A DNA stretch of 64,000 nt, taken from assembly GCA_949282345.1 (NCBI GenBank), contig CASDOQ010000048.1:17309-81308 (forward strand), given 5' to 3'. A program made the translations under genes and the position numbers. Source of the stretch: an uncultured bacterium (lineage in GTDB: Bacteria > Bacillota > Clostridia > Oscillospirales > CAG-272). Below are positions 1 to 10,187 of the stretch, piece after piece (the stretch's first letter is position 1; each line of letters begins with the position of its first letter). The notes under the pieces are model-generated. The model made no database searches, was not told the DNA's origin, and saw only the letters and a program-made list of their open reading frames with translations.

Positions 1-183
1 AACGTGCTGGCCACGCCGAACGCGCCCTTTACCGTCATCCGCCTGGCCGGTCTGGATCCCGACGCCCGGTACCGCGACGTCGTCGGAAACCTTTATTCCG
101 GAAGTTACCTGATGAACGTGGGGCTTCACGAGTGCGCGCGGAACGATTTTTCCAGCCGCATCGTTACGTTGGATCGGGTGTGA
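1..183 (+). CDS. C-terminal fragment of a GH36-type alpha-galactosidase (5' end lies outside the window)
   Basis: Frame is open from base 1 to TGA at 181-183. The tail ...RLAGLDPDARYRDVVGNLYSGSYLMNVGL... resembles the GH36 alpha-galactosidase C-terminus. A hairpin plus T-run follows. Confidence 0.55.
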   Translation, partial: NVLATPNAPFTVIRLAGLDPDARYRDVVGNLYSGSYLMNVGLHECARNDFSSRIVTLDRV

Positions 184-242
184 GCGATCGGATGACGTTC
201 CATGCCGGAAGATCCGGTATCCTTCTTCCGCTTCGATCAAAA

Positions 243-285
243 GGCAGTCCGTTTTCCGGACTGCCTTTCGCTTTTCGGTTTTTTG
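243..285 (+). terminator. Rho-independent terminator after the alpha-galactosidase fragment
   Basis: GGCAGTCC (243-250) pairs with GGACTGCC (258-265), followed by tttcgcttttcggtttttt. Confidence 0.6.
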
Positions 286-293
286 AAAGGAAA

Positions 294-318
294 AGACAGC
301 CTGAGTCACAGGCTGTCT
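294..318 (-). terminator. Terminator hairpin for the minus-strand hydrolase gene
   Basis: 10-bp stem AGACAGCCTG/CAGGCTGTCT with loop AGTCA. A T-rich tail follows on the minus strand. Confidence 0.6.
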
Positions 319-343
319 GATTTCTTTGCGGGATCTTGCCGGA

Positions 344-1351
344 TCAGTCGAACATCCGATGGAAGATCGGCCAGGACAGGGCGGCGTAGAAGCGGTGGCC
401 TTCCGGCCCTTCGACCCACGTGCAGTTATCCGAGGCGCCGGCCGCATCATAATACTTTTGCAGGACTTCCATGCATTCGGCCACTCCGTGATGCGGGAAG
501 ATCGAATCGGTAGCCCCCGAGACAGCGATCAGCTTGTGGGGGGCGATCAGACCGCAAAGATCCCCCATGTCAAAGGTAAGTGCGATATTGGGGATGAAAT
601 TGCAGACGCAGTGATGCATCGCACCGATCGAATCCTTGTAGGTGCAGAGCGCGCAGGAGGGCATGGCCAGGCTGATGCGAGGCTCGAGTGCGGTGGCGTA
701 AATTGTGGCCGTTCCGCCGCCGGAGTTCCCCATGCAGGCGATACGGTCAGCATCGACCTTGTCGAAATGCGCCGGGATAAGATCAATGGCGCGCTGAATA
801 TCGAAGACACGCTCCCCGATCGTGGTGCGGCCGTAGAGCAGGGCGGAAAGCGAGGGGACGGGGCATCCCGGGCCGCGCTCGGTCCCGCCGCATTCGCCGA
901 AGCAACGCTGTTCAATCGCCAGGGAACAGTAGCCTTCCCGGATGATCTGACGGGCAAAATCACGGTCGCCTCCGTTGATGGTATCCTCATCCCCGGGGAA
1001 TTTCGGCCGGCCGAGCGAGATATGGCAACCCGTGGAGTGCCCCTGCAGGCAGATGATCATCGGGATCTTGCCTTCTTTTCCCTTCGGAATCCAAAGATGG
1101 CAGATCACAAAATAGTTTTCTTCGCTCTGGAAGCTGATGCGGTATTCGGTGTGGGTCTCGCACTCGGTCTCGGATTCGATCTGAAAGAGGTCGTCCGCCG
1201 CCGGCGTGATCTTATCCAGCCCGGTGAGAGCGGCAAGTTTTTCCCGCGCAGCCTTCTGCCATTCCGAAAGAGGAATGCTCCCGTCATAGCGCATGGAGGG
1301 CTTCAAGGCAAGCAAGGCCTCATGATGCAGTATCTGCGGATCGTGGTTCAT
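344..1351 (-). CDS. alpha/beta-fold hydrolase, esterase-like (acetyl-esterase or dienelactone-hydrolase type)
   Basis: 335-aa ORF with ATG preceded by GGGAGG. Nucleophile elbow G-N-S-G-G-G. Sits next to carbohydrate-uptake genes. Confidence 0.7.
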   Translation of the reverse strand: MNHDPQILHHEALLALKPSMRYDGSIPLSEWQKAAREKLAALTGLDKITPAADDLFQIESETECETHTEYRISFQSEENYFVICHLWIPKGKEGKIPMIICLQGHSTGCHISLGRPKFPGDEDTINGGDRDFARQIIREGYCSLAIEQRCFGECGGTERGPGCPVPSLSALLYGRTTIGERVFDIQRAIDLIPAHFDKVDADRIACMGNSGGGTATIYATALEPRISLAMPSCALCTYKDSIGAMHHCVCNFIPNIALTFDMGDLCGLIAPHKLIAVSGATDSIFPHHGVAECMEVLQKYYDAAGASDNCTWVEGPEGHRFYAALSWPIFHRMFD

Positions 1352-1506
1352 AAAAGAGCCTCCCTATAAGTATATAATGGTAGAGTTTTATGCAATTACA
1401 GTATACTTGCCACAGCGTGGGATGTCAAGCCTTTTGGGAAATTTTCCGATGAAAAGGGCACCCCGGAAAGGGGTGCCCATCATGATCGATCGTTTGTTTT
1501 TTCGGC

Positions 1507-3141
1507 TCAGGACATATTCCCGAAGTTGGCAACGATCCTGTTCCACTGTGCGATCTTTGCGTTGACTTGCGCTGCCCAGTCGGAAGCGAAGGTGTTGGAC
1601 TTGGAATTCAGAGATTTATACATGACATAGGCGTAGGTCATATATGTATCCGGGTCGCCGAGGCTCTTGGAGCAGTAGTTGTCGTAGAGCATCGACATCG
1701 GGGAGCAGATCCCGTCGTGGATGATCTGGATCATCTGGATCTGTTGCTGAGAGTCGGACTGGTTGACCTTGATCATCAGGTTGGTTTCGTAATACTCTTT
1801 CATGAAGTTCTCGCTGTTTTCAGCCATGAGCTGAAGGAAAGCGGAAGCCAGCGTGAATTCGTTTGCCTTGGCGTTGATCAGGATCCCGCCGCTATTGGCG
1901 TTATCGGAAGTCAGAGCGCCGTAGAGTTTTTTGACGTCTTCAAACTCGGTGCTTTCCACGTCGGTGTAATAACGCGGGTTCGGAAGCAGCGCGCAGTCGT
2001 CCGACATATTCTGAACGAGAGCACTCTCGAAGGTGACGACCGCCTGACCGATGGCAAATGCGGCGCGTCCGTCGGTAAAGGTGACCGAAGCCGTATCACG
2101 GTTCGGGTTGACGCTTTTGCTGCTGCTGTTCGTCGTATCCTGCCAGTTATAAGAGAACCAGGGCTCATTTTCCATACTGATAAACTTATCTACCCAGTCG
2201 TGCACCTCGGTGATGTCAGTGATGTAGGAGACCTTGCCGCTTGCATCCTTTTGGAAGACATCAAGCCCCGAGGTCGCGAAGAAGGAACGGACGCACCACT
2301 GCGAACCGATCACGCCCATGATGCTGGCGCTGTCCCAGTTACCGCCGGTATCCTGACGGCAGGCATCCGCAATCGATATCATGGTATCGTAGGTCCAAGT
2401 GCCGTCCAGTACATGGTCAAAGAGGGCGTCTATACCGCTCCCGCCGTTTTCCGGACGGTATCTTTCCTCGATCAGCGTCGTGTTGGCCAACACGCCGTAG
2501 GCCATACGGAACTGGTCGATAAAGAAGTCTCCGAAGAGCATGTAGATCTTGCTCTTGTCGATGGTGTTCTCTTCCATCATATCCAGATACCAACCCTTGT
2601 CGGTCAGGTCAAAATAGTTGGTCTGGTCGTTGTCGTACACGTTGTAGAGAAGCCCGGTGATCCCGGCGCGCACCAACCCGTAGTTTTCATGGATGAGGAT
2701 GCTCGGGCCGTCTTTGGCGTTGGCAGCGTTCAGCGCCTGGATATCCGGCAGGATGGAGTCGCAGTTGCCATCCCATCCGGCCATGGTGTACTCCACGTCT
2801 CCGTTTTCAAGGCCGAGGATGCTCAGGACTTTTTCATACCGGTCATTGGCTTCGACCAGGACGGTATTGCTGCCGGAATCGTCGTCTTCATCGACGCCGC
2901 GCATATAGTCAAGACAGGAGTCGGCACCGGCGGCTTTCGCATCGGCATCCCCCATGTAGTCATTGATCCAGATGCGGAGCTTTTCACCCTCAAAGTTGAC
3001 GTTTGCCCATTTGTCGGGGACATCGTCGTCTTGCGGCCTTTTCGTGGTCGTTTCGGCGGGTTTGTCACCACAGGCGGCAAAGGCCGTTACCACGAAAGAA
3101 AGCGCCAGAACGAGGCAGAGAATGCGCAGAATTTTTTTCAT
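1507..3141 (-). CDS. large ABC-transporter extracellular solute-binding lipoprotein (sugar/oligosaccharide type)
   Basis: Start moved to the internal ATG giving MKKILRILCLVLALSFVVTAFAAC, a signal peptide plus lipobox Cys. About 544 aa, typical of large family-1 sugar-binding proteins. Confidence 0.75.
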   Translation of the reverse strand: MKKILRILCLVLALSFVVTAFAACGDKPAETTTKRPQDDDVPDKWANVNFEGEKLRIWINDYMGDADAKAAGADSCLDYMRGVDEDDDSGSNTVLVEANDRYEKVLSILGLENGDVEYTMAGWDGNCDSILPDIQALNAANAKDGPSILIHENYGLVRAGITGLLYNVYDNDQTNYFDLTDKGWYLDMMEENTIDKSKIYMLFGDFFIDQFRMAYGVLANTTLIEERYRPENGGSGIDALFDHVLDGTWTYDTMISIADACRQDTGGNWDSASIMGVIGSQWCVRSFFATSGLDVFQKDASGKVSYITDITEVHDWVDKFISMENEPWFSYNWQDTTNSSSKSVNPNRDTASVTFTDGRAAFAIGQAVVTFESALVQNMSDDCALLPNPRYYTDVESTEFEDVKKLYGALTSDNANSGGILINAKANEFTLASAFLQLMAENSENFMKEYYETNLMIKVNQSDSQQQIQMIQIIHDGICSPMSMLYDNYCSKSLGDPDTYMTYAYVMYKSLNSKSNTFASDWAAQVNAKIAQWNRIVANFGNMS

Positions 3142-3394
3142 AAGCAAGTATCCTTTCGTGAAAATAATGTGCGCAGGCGCACGATTGTTAGAGATATATT
3201 CTATCTCTATTAGTATTATAATCAAAATATCCTTTTTTGTCAAGCGGATTCTTTGAACAGCTTGTGAATAATTACCGACACTGACATGGAAAAAATATCC
3301 TTGCAAAGCGTGGAAAAACATAGTACACTGGGAGTACCGCAGTTTACCTGCGGGAAACTTTTAAGCCGGGATCCCGGCGGAAAGCGTTACGTAT

Positions 3395-4243
3395 ATGAAA
3401 AAAACTGCACTCGTGGTCATGGCGGCGGGCATGGGGAGCCGCTTCGGCGGGATGAAGCAGATCGCCCCTTTGGGTCCTGACGGACAGATCATCATTGATT
3501 ACTCGGTATTCGATGCGGTGCGGGCGGGCTTTGATAAGGCCGTCCTCATTATCAAAAAAGAAAACGAAGAGGATTTCCGTGCGGTGGCTGGCCGCCGGAT
3601 CGAGAAGCTGATCGACGTGGAATACGTCTTTCAGCGTCCCGACGCACTTCCGGCCGGATTTTTGCTTCCCGAAGGGCGTACCAAGCCGTGGGGGACGGGT
3701 CATGCCGTACTTTCTGCGCGGGAGGCGGTCGGGGAGATGCCCTTTGCCGTCATCAACGCGGATGATTTTTACGGCCGTGCTTCCTATCAGCTGATCCATG
3801 AAACGCTGATCGGCGAAGAGCCGGAATGCATGGTCGGATTTGAACTCGGAAAGACCCTTACCGAGAGCGGAACGGTCAGCCGCGGCGTCTGCCGGATCGA
3901 GGACGGTCTTCTCCGTTCGGTTACCGAGCACACGGCGCTGGATAAAAATAGCGGCATTCCGCTCGATACGATCGTTTCGATGAACCTTTGGGGCTTTTCT
4001 CCCCGTATTTTCGCAACGCTGGAACGCGACTTCACGGAATTTCTCCGCACGATGAAAAATCCGATGAAGGATGAGTTCTATCTCCCCTTTGTGGTCGATT
4101 CCATGATCCGGAACGAGGGGGCGCGGTTCCGCGTTCTGCGCACGCCGGAGCGTTGGTACGGCGTGACCTACCCGGAGGATGCTGAAAGCGTGCGTGCCGC
4201 CATGCGGAAAAAGCACGAGGACGGCGAATACCCCTCCTTCTGA
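3395..4243 (+). CDS. sugar-phosphate nucleotidyltransferase family protein
   Basis: N-terminal VMAAGMGSRFGG motif (the G-x-G-T/S-R loop of nucleotidyltransferases). 282 aa. Confidence 0.7.
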   Translation: MKKTALVVMAAGMGSRFGGMKQIAPLGPDGQIIIDYSVFDAVRAGFDKAVLIIKKENEEDFRAVAGRRIEKLIDVEYVFQRPDALPAGFLLPEGRTKPWGTGHAVLSAREAVGEMPFAVINADDFYGRASYQLIHETLIGEEPECMVGFELGKTLTESGTVSRGVCRIEDGLLRSVTEHTALDKNSGIPLDTIVSMNLWGFSPRIFATLERDFTEFLRTMKNPMKDEFYLPFVVDSMIRNEGARFRVLRTPERWYGVTYPEDAESVRAAMRKKHEDGEYPSF

Positions 4244-4283
4244 TCCCGGTTTTCGGTTTTGCGTGTTTTGTATCGATGAGACA

Positions 4284-4317
4284 GGCGGATGCCCCGTGCA
4301 TCCGCCTTTTCGCTTTT
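4284..4317 (+). terminator. Rho-independent terminator
   Basis: GGCGGATGC (4284-4292) pairs with GCATCCGCC (4298-4306), followed by ttttcgctttt. Confidence 0.7.
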
Positions 4318-4519
4318 CCGGCGGTCCCGGCTTGCTTTTTTGCTTCAGGTTTTTTCTTTCTTCTTCGGTTTTTGCGGAACTCATGTTTTTGCAGGGACTT
4401 TCGGCGGCAACTCTTCTCCGGCGGCGGGGCTGAGGACGACTTTCTGTTTTTTTGCGAAAGACCTTTCTTTTTTTCTGTCGGTGTGGTATACTATTCTAAT
4501 ACGAACAGGAGGAAAAAAC

Positions 4520-5722
4520 GTGAAGACCGAACAGAAAGAAAAAAATCCGCGGCTCGGCAAGGTGGGCGGGGAAGCCGTGCTGGAGGGCGTGATGATGCGC
4601 GCCGGAGAACGCTGCGCCATCGTCTGCCGGCGTGAGGACGGCAGTCTGGCCGTCCGGGAAAGGCGCTTCGTTTCGTTGCGGAAAAAACATAAAATCCTGA
4701 ATCTTCCCCTTGTGCGCGGCGTCGTTTCCTTTATCGAATCGCTGACGCTCAGCTATCAATGCCTCTCGGTCTCCGCCGATGTCATAGGAGGGGAAACCGA
4801 AGAGAGCGCGTTTGAAAAGTGGTTCCGCCGTCATCTCGGCGTTGCCTTTTTCCACGTGCTGACGGTGATCGCCGCCGTGCTCGGCGTGGTGCTGGCCGTC
4901 GGTCTTTTTCTGGCTCTGCCGCGCGAAGTCGCTCGCTGGATCGAATCGCTGACCGGGGTCTCGCTCGGCGTCTGGAAAAGCGCCGTGGAGGGCGGGCTGA
5001 AGGTCGTGATCTTCATCCTCTATCTCTGGCTCGTCTCGCTCTTCAAGGACATCCGCCGCACCTTTGCGTATCACGGGGCGGAACATAAAAGCATTGCCTG
5101 CTATGAGGCGGGCGACCCAATGACCCCCGAATATGCACGTCGGCACACCCGCTTCCATCCCCGGTGCGGCACCTCGTTTATGTTCGTGATGATCCTTCTC
5201 GGTGTGATCTTGGGATTTTTCGTCAATGCCGTTTTCCCGGGAATGCCAACCTTACTTTACACCGGGATCCGAATTCTCCTCCTCCCGGTCGTTGTTGGGT
5301 TGGGATTTGAATTCATCCTGTATGCCGGCCGGCACGAAAATTTCTTGACGCGCGTCCTTTCCGCCCCCGGCCTGTGGTTGCAGCGCATCACCACGCGCGA
5401 GCCGGATGACGGTCAGCTGGAAGTCGCACTTCTTTCGATCCGTTTTGCACTTTCCGAGGAATTCCCGGAACTTGACCGCGCGGCTTACCGTCCGGCTCCC
5501 TTTGACGGAAAGGACGGGAAGAATGATCCCGCTGGGCAGAAGCAAGAGGCCGGCTGTGAAGACCCTGCCGTAGATTCCGAAGCCGCTCCTGCCGAAAACA
5601 CGGAAAAAACTCTAAAGACCGAAAGCGCAAAAACCTCGGACGAAAGCCTCCCCGGAGCCGATGCGTCGCCCCGGGAAGAAAATGAGGCCGGGCCGGAACC
5701 GCCGGAGAACCGTACCATATGA
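4520..5722 (+). CDS. DUF1385-family membrane protein (usual partner of prmC), with a low-complexity acidic/Pro-rich C-terminal tail
   Basis: GTG start 7 nt after AGGAGG. GGEAVLEGVMMR signature and several TM segments. Overlaps the prmC start (ATGA). Confidence 0.75.
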   Translation: MKTEQKEKNPRLGKVGGEAVLEGVMMRAGERCAIVCRREDGSLAVRERRFVSLRKKHKILNLPLVRGVVSFIESLTLSYQCLSVSADVIGGETEESAFEKWFRRHLGVAFFHVLTVIAAVLGVVLAVGLFLALPREVARWIESLTGVSLGVWKSAVEGGLKVVIFILYLWLVSLFKDIRRTFAYHGAEHKSIACYEAGDPMTPEYARRHTRFHPRCGTSFMFVMILLGVILGFFVNAVFPGMPTLLYTGIRILLLPVVVGLGFEFILYAGRHENFLTRVLSAPGLWLQRITTREPDDGQLEVALLSIRFALSEEFPELDRAAYRPAPFDGKDGKNDPAGQKQEAGCEDPAVDSEAAPAENTEKTLKTESAKTSDESLPGADASPREENEAGPEPPENRTI

Positions 5723-6525
5723 AATTTTCCGCGCTGCGTGCCGCGTTGGCGGGGGCGGGGATCGAGGAAGCCGAGAATGAGGCGCGCCTGCTCTTTTCGC
5801 ATTTTTCGGGATGCCCGCTGTCGGCTTTATACGGTATCGATCCCGACTGCGCCCTTCCTGCCCTGGAAGCCGCGCTGACCCGCCGCCTGCAACGCGAGCC
5901 GCTCGCGTATATCCTCGGACAGGCTGATTTTTATCGACAGCGCTATGCGGTGGGCCCGGGATGCCTGATCCCCCGCCCGGATACCGAACGGCTGGTGGAA
6001 CTTGCGGTGAGCCTTCTGCCCGCCGGCGCGCACTTTGCCGACCTTTGTACCGGGATCGGCACGGTGGCGCTCTCTGTTCTCTGCGATCGCGGCGATACGA
6101 CGGCCGCCGGTTTTGAACTTTCGGAGGAATCGCTGGAATACGCGCGCCTGAACCGGAAAAAATACGGGATGGAGGAACGCTTCTCGCTCGTCCGTGCCGA
6201 CCTGCTCCGATCTGAACCGACCGGGATCTACGATGCGATCCTTTCGAACCCGCCGTATATCCCCACGGGCGACCTGGCGGGGCTTTCGCCCGAGGTGGGA
6301 CACGAGCCGGCCGGCGCACTGGACGGCGGTGCGGACGGCATGACCTTTTACCGCCGTTTCCTCGGCTTTACGCCGCATTTGCGGGCGGGGGGATTCTTCC
6401 TCTTCGAGTGCGGCTACGACGAGGAGGAAAAAATCGCGGAGCTGGCGCGGGAGCGGGGATTTTCCTTTACTGCGTACCGCGATTACGGAAAGAACTTCCG
6501 CGTGGCGCTCCTGCGCCGGGGCTGA
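5719..6525 (+). CDS. prmC: peptide chain release factor N5-glutamine methyltransferase
   Basis: NPPY motif (ILSNPPYIP), a SAM-binding fold pattern, and DUF1385 immediately upstream. Confidence 0.9.
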   Translation: MKFSALRAALAGAGIEEAENEARLLFSHFSGCPLSALYGIDPDCALPALEAALTRRLQREPLAYILGQADFYRQRYAVGPGCLIPRPDTERLVELAVSLLPAGAHFADLCTGIGTVALSVLCDRGDTTAAGFELSEESLEYARLNRKKYGMEERFSLVRADLLRSEPTGIYDAILSNPPYIPTGDLAGLSPEVGHEPAGALDGGADGMTFYRRFLGFTPHLRAGGFFLFECGYDEEEKIAELARERGFSFTAYRDYGKNFRVALLRRG

Positions 6526-6707
6526 CGGCGTTTCGACCTGCTTCCGTACGGCGTGTTTTTGGCTACTTGTTACGGTCGATCGGTTCGGTTGACCGGTTTT
6601 TGATTCATCCTTATTTTCGGTTTGTTTGCTTTTTCGGCTTTCCTGCTTTTCTGCCGCTTTGCGGGGCAAAAGGCATCTCTCGGCATATACTGAACCGAGG
6701 TGATAGC

Positions 6708-7733
6708 ATGAAAGTCATACTTCTTTTCGGCGGAAAGAGTGAGGAATACGAGATCTCGCTCCGCAGTGCCGCCGCCATTCTCCCGGCACTTCGATCCGGG
6801 CATACACCCTTCCCCGTGGGGATCACCCGTGAGGGAAAGTGGTACGCCTGCCCGGAGGCATCGGCAGAAACGATCCGCGAGGACCGCTGGCAGGAGGGGA
6901 AACTCTTTCCCGTGACCTTTGACCCGAACGGCTCATCTTTTCTTTTTGACGGGAATCGGGTCTTTGCCGATTGCGTATTTCCCCTTCTGCATGGGACGAA
7001 CGGAGAGGACGGGCGCGTACAGGGGCTTCTCGATATCCTCGGGATCCCCTACGTCGGTTGCGGGACGCGGACCGGCGCGTTGGGGATGGATAAATCAGCC
7101 GTGAAGACGCTGGCCGCCTCCGCAGGCGTTCCGGTGGCGCGCGGACTCGAGGTCCGCGCCGGGGAGCTCTGCGACCCCCGGACCGTCGCGCGGGTAGAGG
7201 AGCTCCTCGCCTATCCGCTCTTTGTCAAACCCGTGCTTTCGGGTTCTTCGCGCGGGAGCGGCCGGGTAGGGAACCGTGAGGAACTGATCCCCGCGCTTCG
7301 CGCGGCCTGCGCCTTCGGCGGCCGGGCGATCTGTGAGGAACTGATCCGCGGAGCCGAAGTCGAGTACGCGCTTCTCGAACGCGACGGACAGCTCATCGGC
7401 AATACCGTCGGAGAAATAGATCCGGACGCCGTGTTTTACGATTACGACGCCAAATATAAGAGCCATTCCTCCCGGATCTTCATCCCGGCGCGAGTCGGCT
7501 CGCGCGCCATGGCCAAAGTGCGCGAATACGGCAGGCGTCTTTTTCATCTGCTCGGCTGCCGGGGGCTTTCCCGCCTGGATTTCTTCGTCCGGGAAAACGG
7601 GGAGGTCGTGTTCAACGAGATCAATACGATGCCGGGGTTCACCGACATCAGTATGTACCCGATGCTAATGCATTTTGAGGGGCTTTCTTTGCCGGAAGTA
7701 CTTGACGTCTTGCTGAAAGATGCCATCTCGTAA
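6708..7733 (+). CDS. ddl: D-alanine--D-alanine ligase
   Basis: Starts MKVILLFGGKSEEYEISLRSA and contains an ATP-grasp region. The start was moved to the internal ATG. Confidence 0.9.
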   Translation: MKVILLFGGKSEEYEISLRSAAAILPALRSGHTPFPVGITREGKWYACPEASAETIREDRWQEGKLFPVTFDPNGSSFLFDGNRVFADCVFPLLHGTNGEDGRVQGLLDILGIPYVGCGTRTGALGMDKSAVKTLAASAGVPVARGLEVRAGELCDPRTVARVEELLAYPLFVKPVLSGSSRGSGRVGNREELIPALRAACAFGGRAICEELIRGAEVEYALLERDGQLIGNTVGEIDPDAVFYDYDAKYKSHSSRIFIPARVGSRAMAKVREYGRRLFHLLGCRGLSRLDFFVRENGEVVFNEINTMPGFTDISMYPMLMHFEGLSLPEVLDVLLKDAIS

Positions 7734-7736
7734 AGT

Positions 7737-8516
7737 ATGGTTGGCATTTTTGATAGCGGGGTGGGCGGATTGACCGCGCTGGCCGCGCTCCGCCGTTTCT
7801 GCCCGCTCTGCGACGTTGCCTACTTCGGAGATACGGCGCATCTGCCCTACGGGAGCCGTTCCGAGGGGACGATCATGCATTACGCCACGGCGGCTGTCTC
7901 CACATTGGCGGCACTCTCGCCGGAGGCGGTGTTGGTTGCCTGCGGTACGGTCAGCACGGTCTGCCTGCCGAAACTTGCGGAGGGCTATCGCTTCCCGGTC
8001 TTCGGCATTGCGGAGGCGGGAACGGCGGCGGCGTTGGCCGCCGCGCCGCATGGGCGGATCGCGGTTCTCGGGACCGAGGCAACGATCCGGACAGGCGTCT
8101 TTTCCCGGATGATACTGGCCCGCCGCCCCGACGCCGTTCTGACCTGCCTTGCCTGCCCGATGTTCGTCTTTCTGGCCGAGAGCGGGATGAACCGTCCCGA
8201 TGACCCGATCGCCCGGCTGGCGGTGGCACGGACCCTTGCCCCCCTGCTTTCCAATCCCCCCGAGGCGATCCTCCTCGGCTGTACGCACTTCCCGTGGCTC
8301 TCCTCGCTGATCTCTCCGCTTTTTCCCGATGCGGCGCTGATCGATTGCGGTGCGGCGGCCGCCCGTGCGCTTTCGCTTCGTCTCCGTTTCCCTGCCGGGC
8401 AGGGAAAGACCTGTTTTTATATTACCGACAGTGCGGCCGCTTTTCAGCGCGCGGCACGCGCCGTATCCGGCCGGGTGCCGGAGGGGGAGTTTTTTGAGGT
8501 TCCGCCTGCCGAATGA
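7737..8516 (+). CDS. murI: glutamate racemase
   Basis: Starts MVGIFDSGVGGLT, with the two catalytic Cys contexts (ACGT, GCTH). Confidence 0.9.
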   Translation: MVGIFDSGVGGLTALAALRRFCPLCDVAYFGDTAHLPYGSRSEGTIMHYATAAVSTLAALSPEAVLVACGTVSTVCLPKLAEGYRFPVFGIAEAGTAAALAAAPHGRIAVLGTEATIRTGVFSRMILARRPDAVLTCLACPMFVFLAESGMNRPDDPIARLAVARTLAPLLSNPPEAILLGCTHFPWLSSLISPLFPDAALIDCGAAAARALSLRLRFPAGQGKTCFYITDSAAAFQRAARAVSGRVPEGEFFEVPPAE

Positions 8517-8601
8517 CCGGGCGAAGAGAAAACGCCGGCCGGAAAAGCCGCTTTGCAAAAGCGGGAGAAACGTGTAAAAAATCCGAAAGGAAGGAATAAA
8601 T

Positions 8602-9045
8602 ATGTCAAAATACAGAAGAGGAAGGATCAACGATGCGGTGGCCGAGGAACTGGCCGTTGCGCTCCGGGATGCGCGTGATCCGCGCATCCTTGAGAATTTC
8701 GTTTCGGTAACGCGGGCAGAAGTCGCTCCCGATCTGAAGGTCGCGCGGATATACTATTCTGCTCTCGGCGACAGCGCCGCGGCAGGAGAAGGAATGCGTG
8801 CCGCCGCCCCAATGCTCCGGCGGCATCTTGCCATGACGCTGAATATGCGTATCACGCCGGAACTTTTGTTTTATGCGGACGGCTCGATCGCGCACGGGGC
8901 CCGCATTGCGAAGATCCTTTCGGATCTCGGGCTTGAGGACTCCGGGAAAAAAGACTCCGGGGATGCGGTTCCCGGGAATGAAGATCCGGCCGAGACGACC
9001 CCGACTGACGGAAAAGCCGGAAGCGCGGAAGGGGGAGAAGGGTGA
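8602..9045 (+). CDS. rbfA: ribosome-binding factor A with an acidic C-terminal extension
   Basis: RbfA-like N-terminus (RINDAVAEELAVALRD...). 147 aa. Confidence 0.85.
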   Translation: MSKYRRGRINDAVAEELAVALRDARDPRILENFVSVTRAEVAPDLKVARIYYSALGDSAAAGEGMRAAAPMLRRHLAMTLNMRITPELLFYADGSIAHGARIAKILSDLGLEDSGKKDSGDAVPGNEDPAETTPTDGKAGSAEGGEG

Positions 9046-10010
9046 TGGAGCCGTTTGTCCGGCTCAGCCCGAAAGAATTCCGTGCCCGGATCCTTTCCTG
9101 GCCGCAAGCCGCTGTCTTTATCCACCGTTCGCCGGACGGGGACTGCGTGGGGAGCGGCGCCGCCCTCTGCCGTTTTCTCACGGCGCACGGCATTCCTGCG
9201 TCGCTCTTTTGTTCCGATCCGATTCCGCGCAGGCTGGCCTTTTTATGCGAGGGCATCCCGATGCATACCGGCCCCGCCCGCTTTATCGTAACGGCGGACG
9301 TGGCTTCTCTTTCCCTGCTCGGCAATCTTGCTCCGCTGATCGGCGAGGCTGAACAGGTTTTGTCTGTCGATCACCATGCGCTCTCCACGCCCTTCGCCCC
9401 GAACTGCACGATCCCTGATGCGGCCGCTACGGGCGAGGTTCTGTACGGCGTTTTCACGCAGGACGGCGAGAGCCTCTCCCGGGAAATCGCCACGGCTCTC
9501 TACGCTGCGCTCTCCTCGGATACCGGGTGCTTCCGCTTTTCCAATGCCACGCCGGCCACGCACCGCGCGGCCGCGGCGCTGATCGCAACCGGGATCGATG
9601 CGGCCGACATCAACCACCGCCTGTTCGACTCCAAAAGCGAGGGACAACTACGGGCAGAGGGATATGCCGCTCTGCATATCAAGACCGCGTTTGAGGGGCG
9701 GTTGGCCTATCTTGCGCTCGACCGCTCGGTCTTTAGCGAACTTTCCTGTGAGGACGAGGACTTTGAGACTGCCATTGACGTGGTGCGTTCCTTCGGCGGC
9801 GCCGAGGTCGCGGCCTTTCTGCGCGAGCGGCAGGACGGGACGATCCGTCTTTCTCTCCGCACGACGGGAGTGGATGCGGCGGCTTACTGCGCCCGGTTCG
9901 GCGGAGGTGGCCATCGGCGGGCGGCCGGATGTTCTTTTTCGGGAATGACGTTTGCGGAAGCCCTCGAGGCTTTTCTTTCCTCTGCCGGCACGCTGTTCGG
10001 CATGACGTGA
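9045..10010 (+). CDS. nrnA: DHH/DHHA1 phosphoesterase (NrnA-type oligoribonuclease / pAp phosphatase)
   Basis: DGDCVGS, DHH and GGGH motifs. The ATG overlaps the rbfA stop (TGATG). A GTG at 9042 is an alternative start. Confidence 0.85.
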   Translation: MEPFVRLSPKEFRARILSWPQAAVFIHRSPDGDCVGSGAALCRFLTAHGIPASLFCSDPIPRRLAFLCEGIPMHTGPARFIVTADVASLSLLGNLAPLIGEAEQVLSVDHHALSTPFAPNCTIPDAAATGEVLYGVFTQDGESLSREIATALYAALSSDTGCFRFSNATPATHRAAAALIATGIDAADINHRLFDSKSEGQLRAEGYAALHIKTAFEGRLAYLALDRSVFSELSCEDEDFETAIDVVRSFGGAEVAAFLRERQDGTIRLSLRTTGVDAAAYCARFGGGGHRRAAGCSFSGMTFAEALEAFLSSAGTLFGMT

Positions 10011-10057
10011 GCCTCTGCTTCCGCCCGGGTATAAAATCGAAAATGCATCCGCCCCTC

Positions 10058-10086
10058 TTGATTTTGAGAAAAAAAAAGAATACAAT
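10058..10086 (+). promoter_or_regulatory. sigma-A-like promoter of aspS
   Basis: TTGATT, 17-nt spacer, TACAAT. Confidence 0.55.
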
Positions 10087-10187
10087 AGAAAAGAATCGGA
10101 AAACTTTCCCCGCCGGATCCGGATGGAGAGATCCCTGCTTCGGTATCGGGAAATGCAAAAGAAAAGACAGAGATTTCGGAGGATGAA

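Noticed and set aside
326-1369. Long ORFs antisense to nearly every real gene. Examples: 326-1369 (+), 1567-3213 (+), 11803-13071 (+), 36344-38254 (+), 38137-39528 (+), 44805-46598 (-), 62613-63851 (+).
   Set aside because: Their translations are Arg/Gly/Pro/Ala-rich and low in complexity, with no motifs and no RBS. Each exactly mirrors a gene with clear family signatures. This is the usual shadow-ORF artefact of GC-rich DNA.
10087-10187. T-box leader upstream of aspS.
   Set aside because: The leader is only about 100 nt. I could find no specifier-loop or T-box (AGGGUGGNACCGCG-like) sequence, and no terminator/antiterminator pair.
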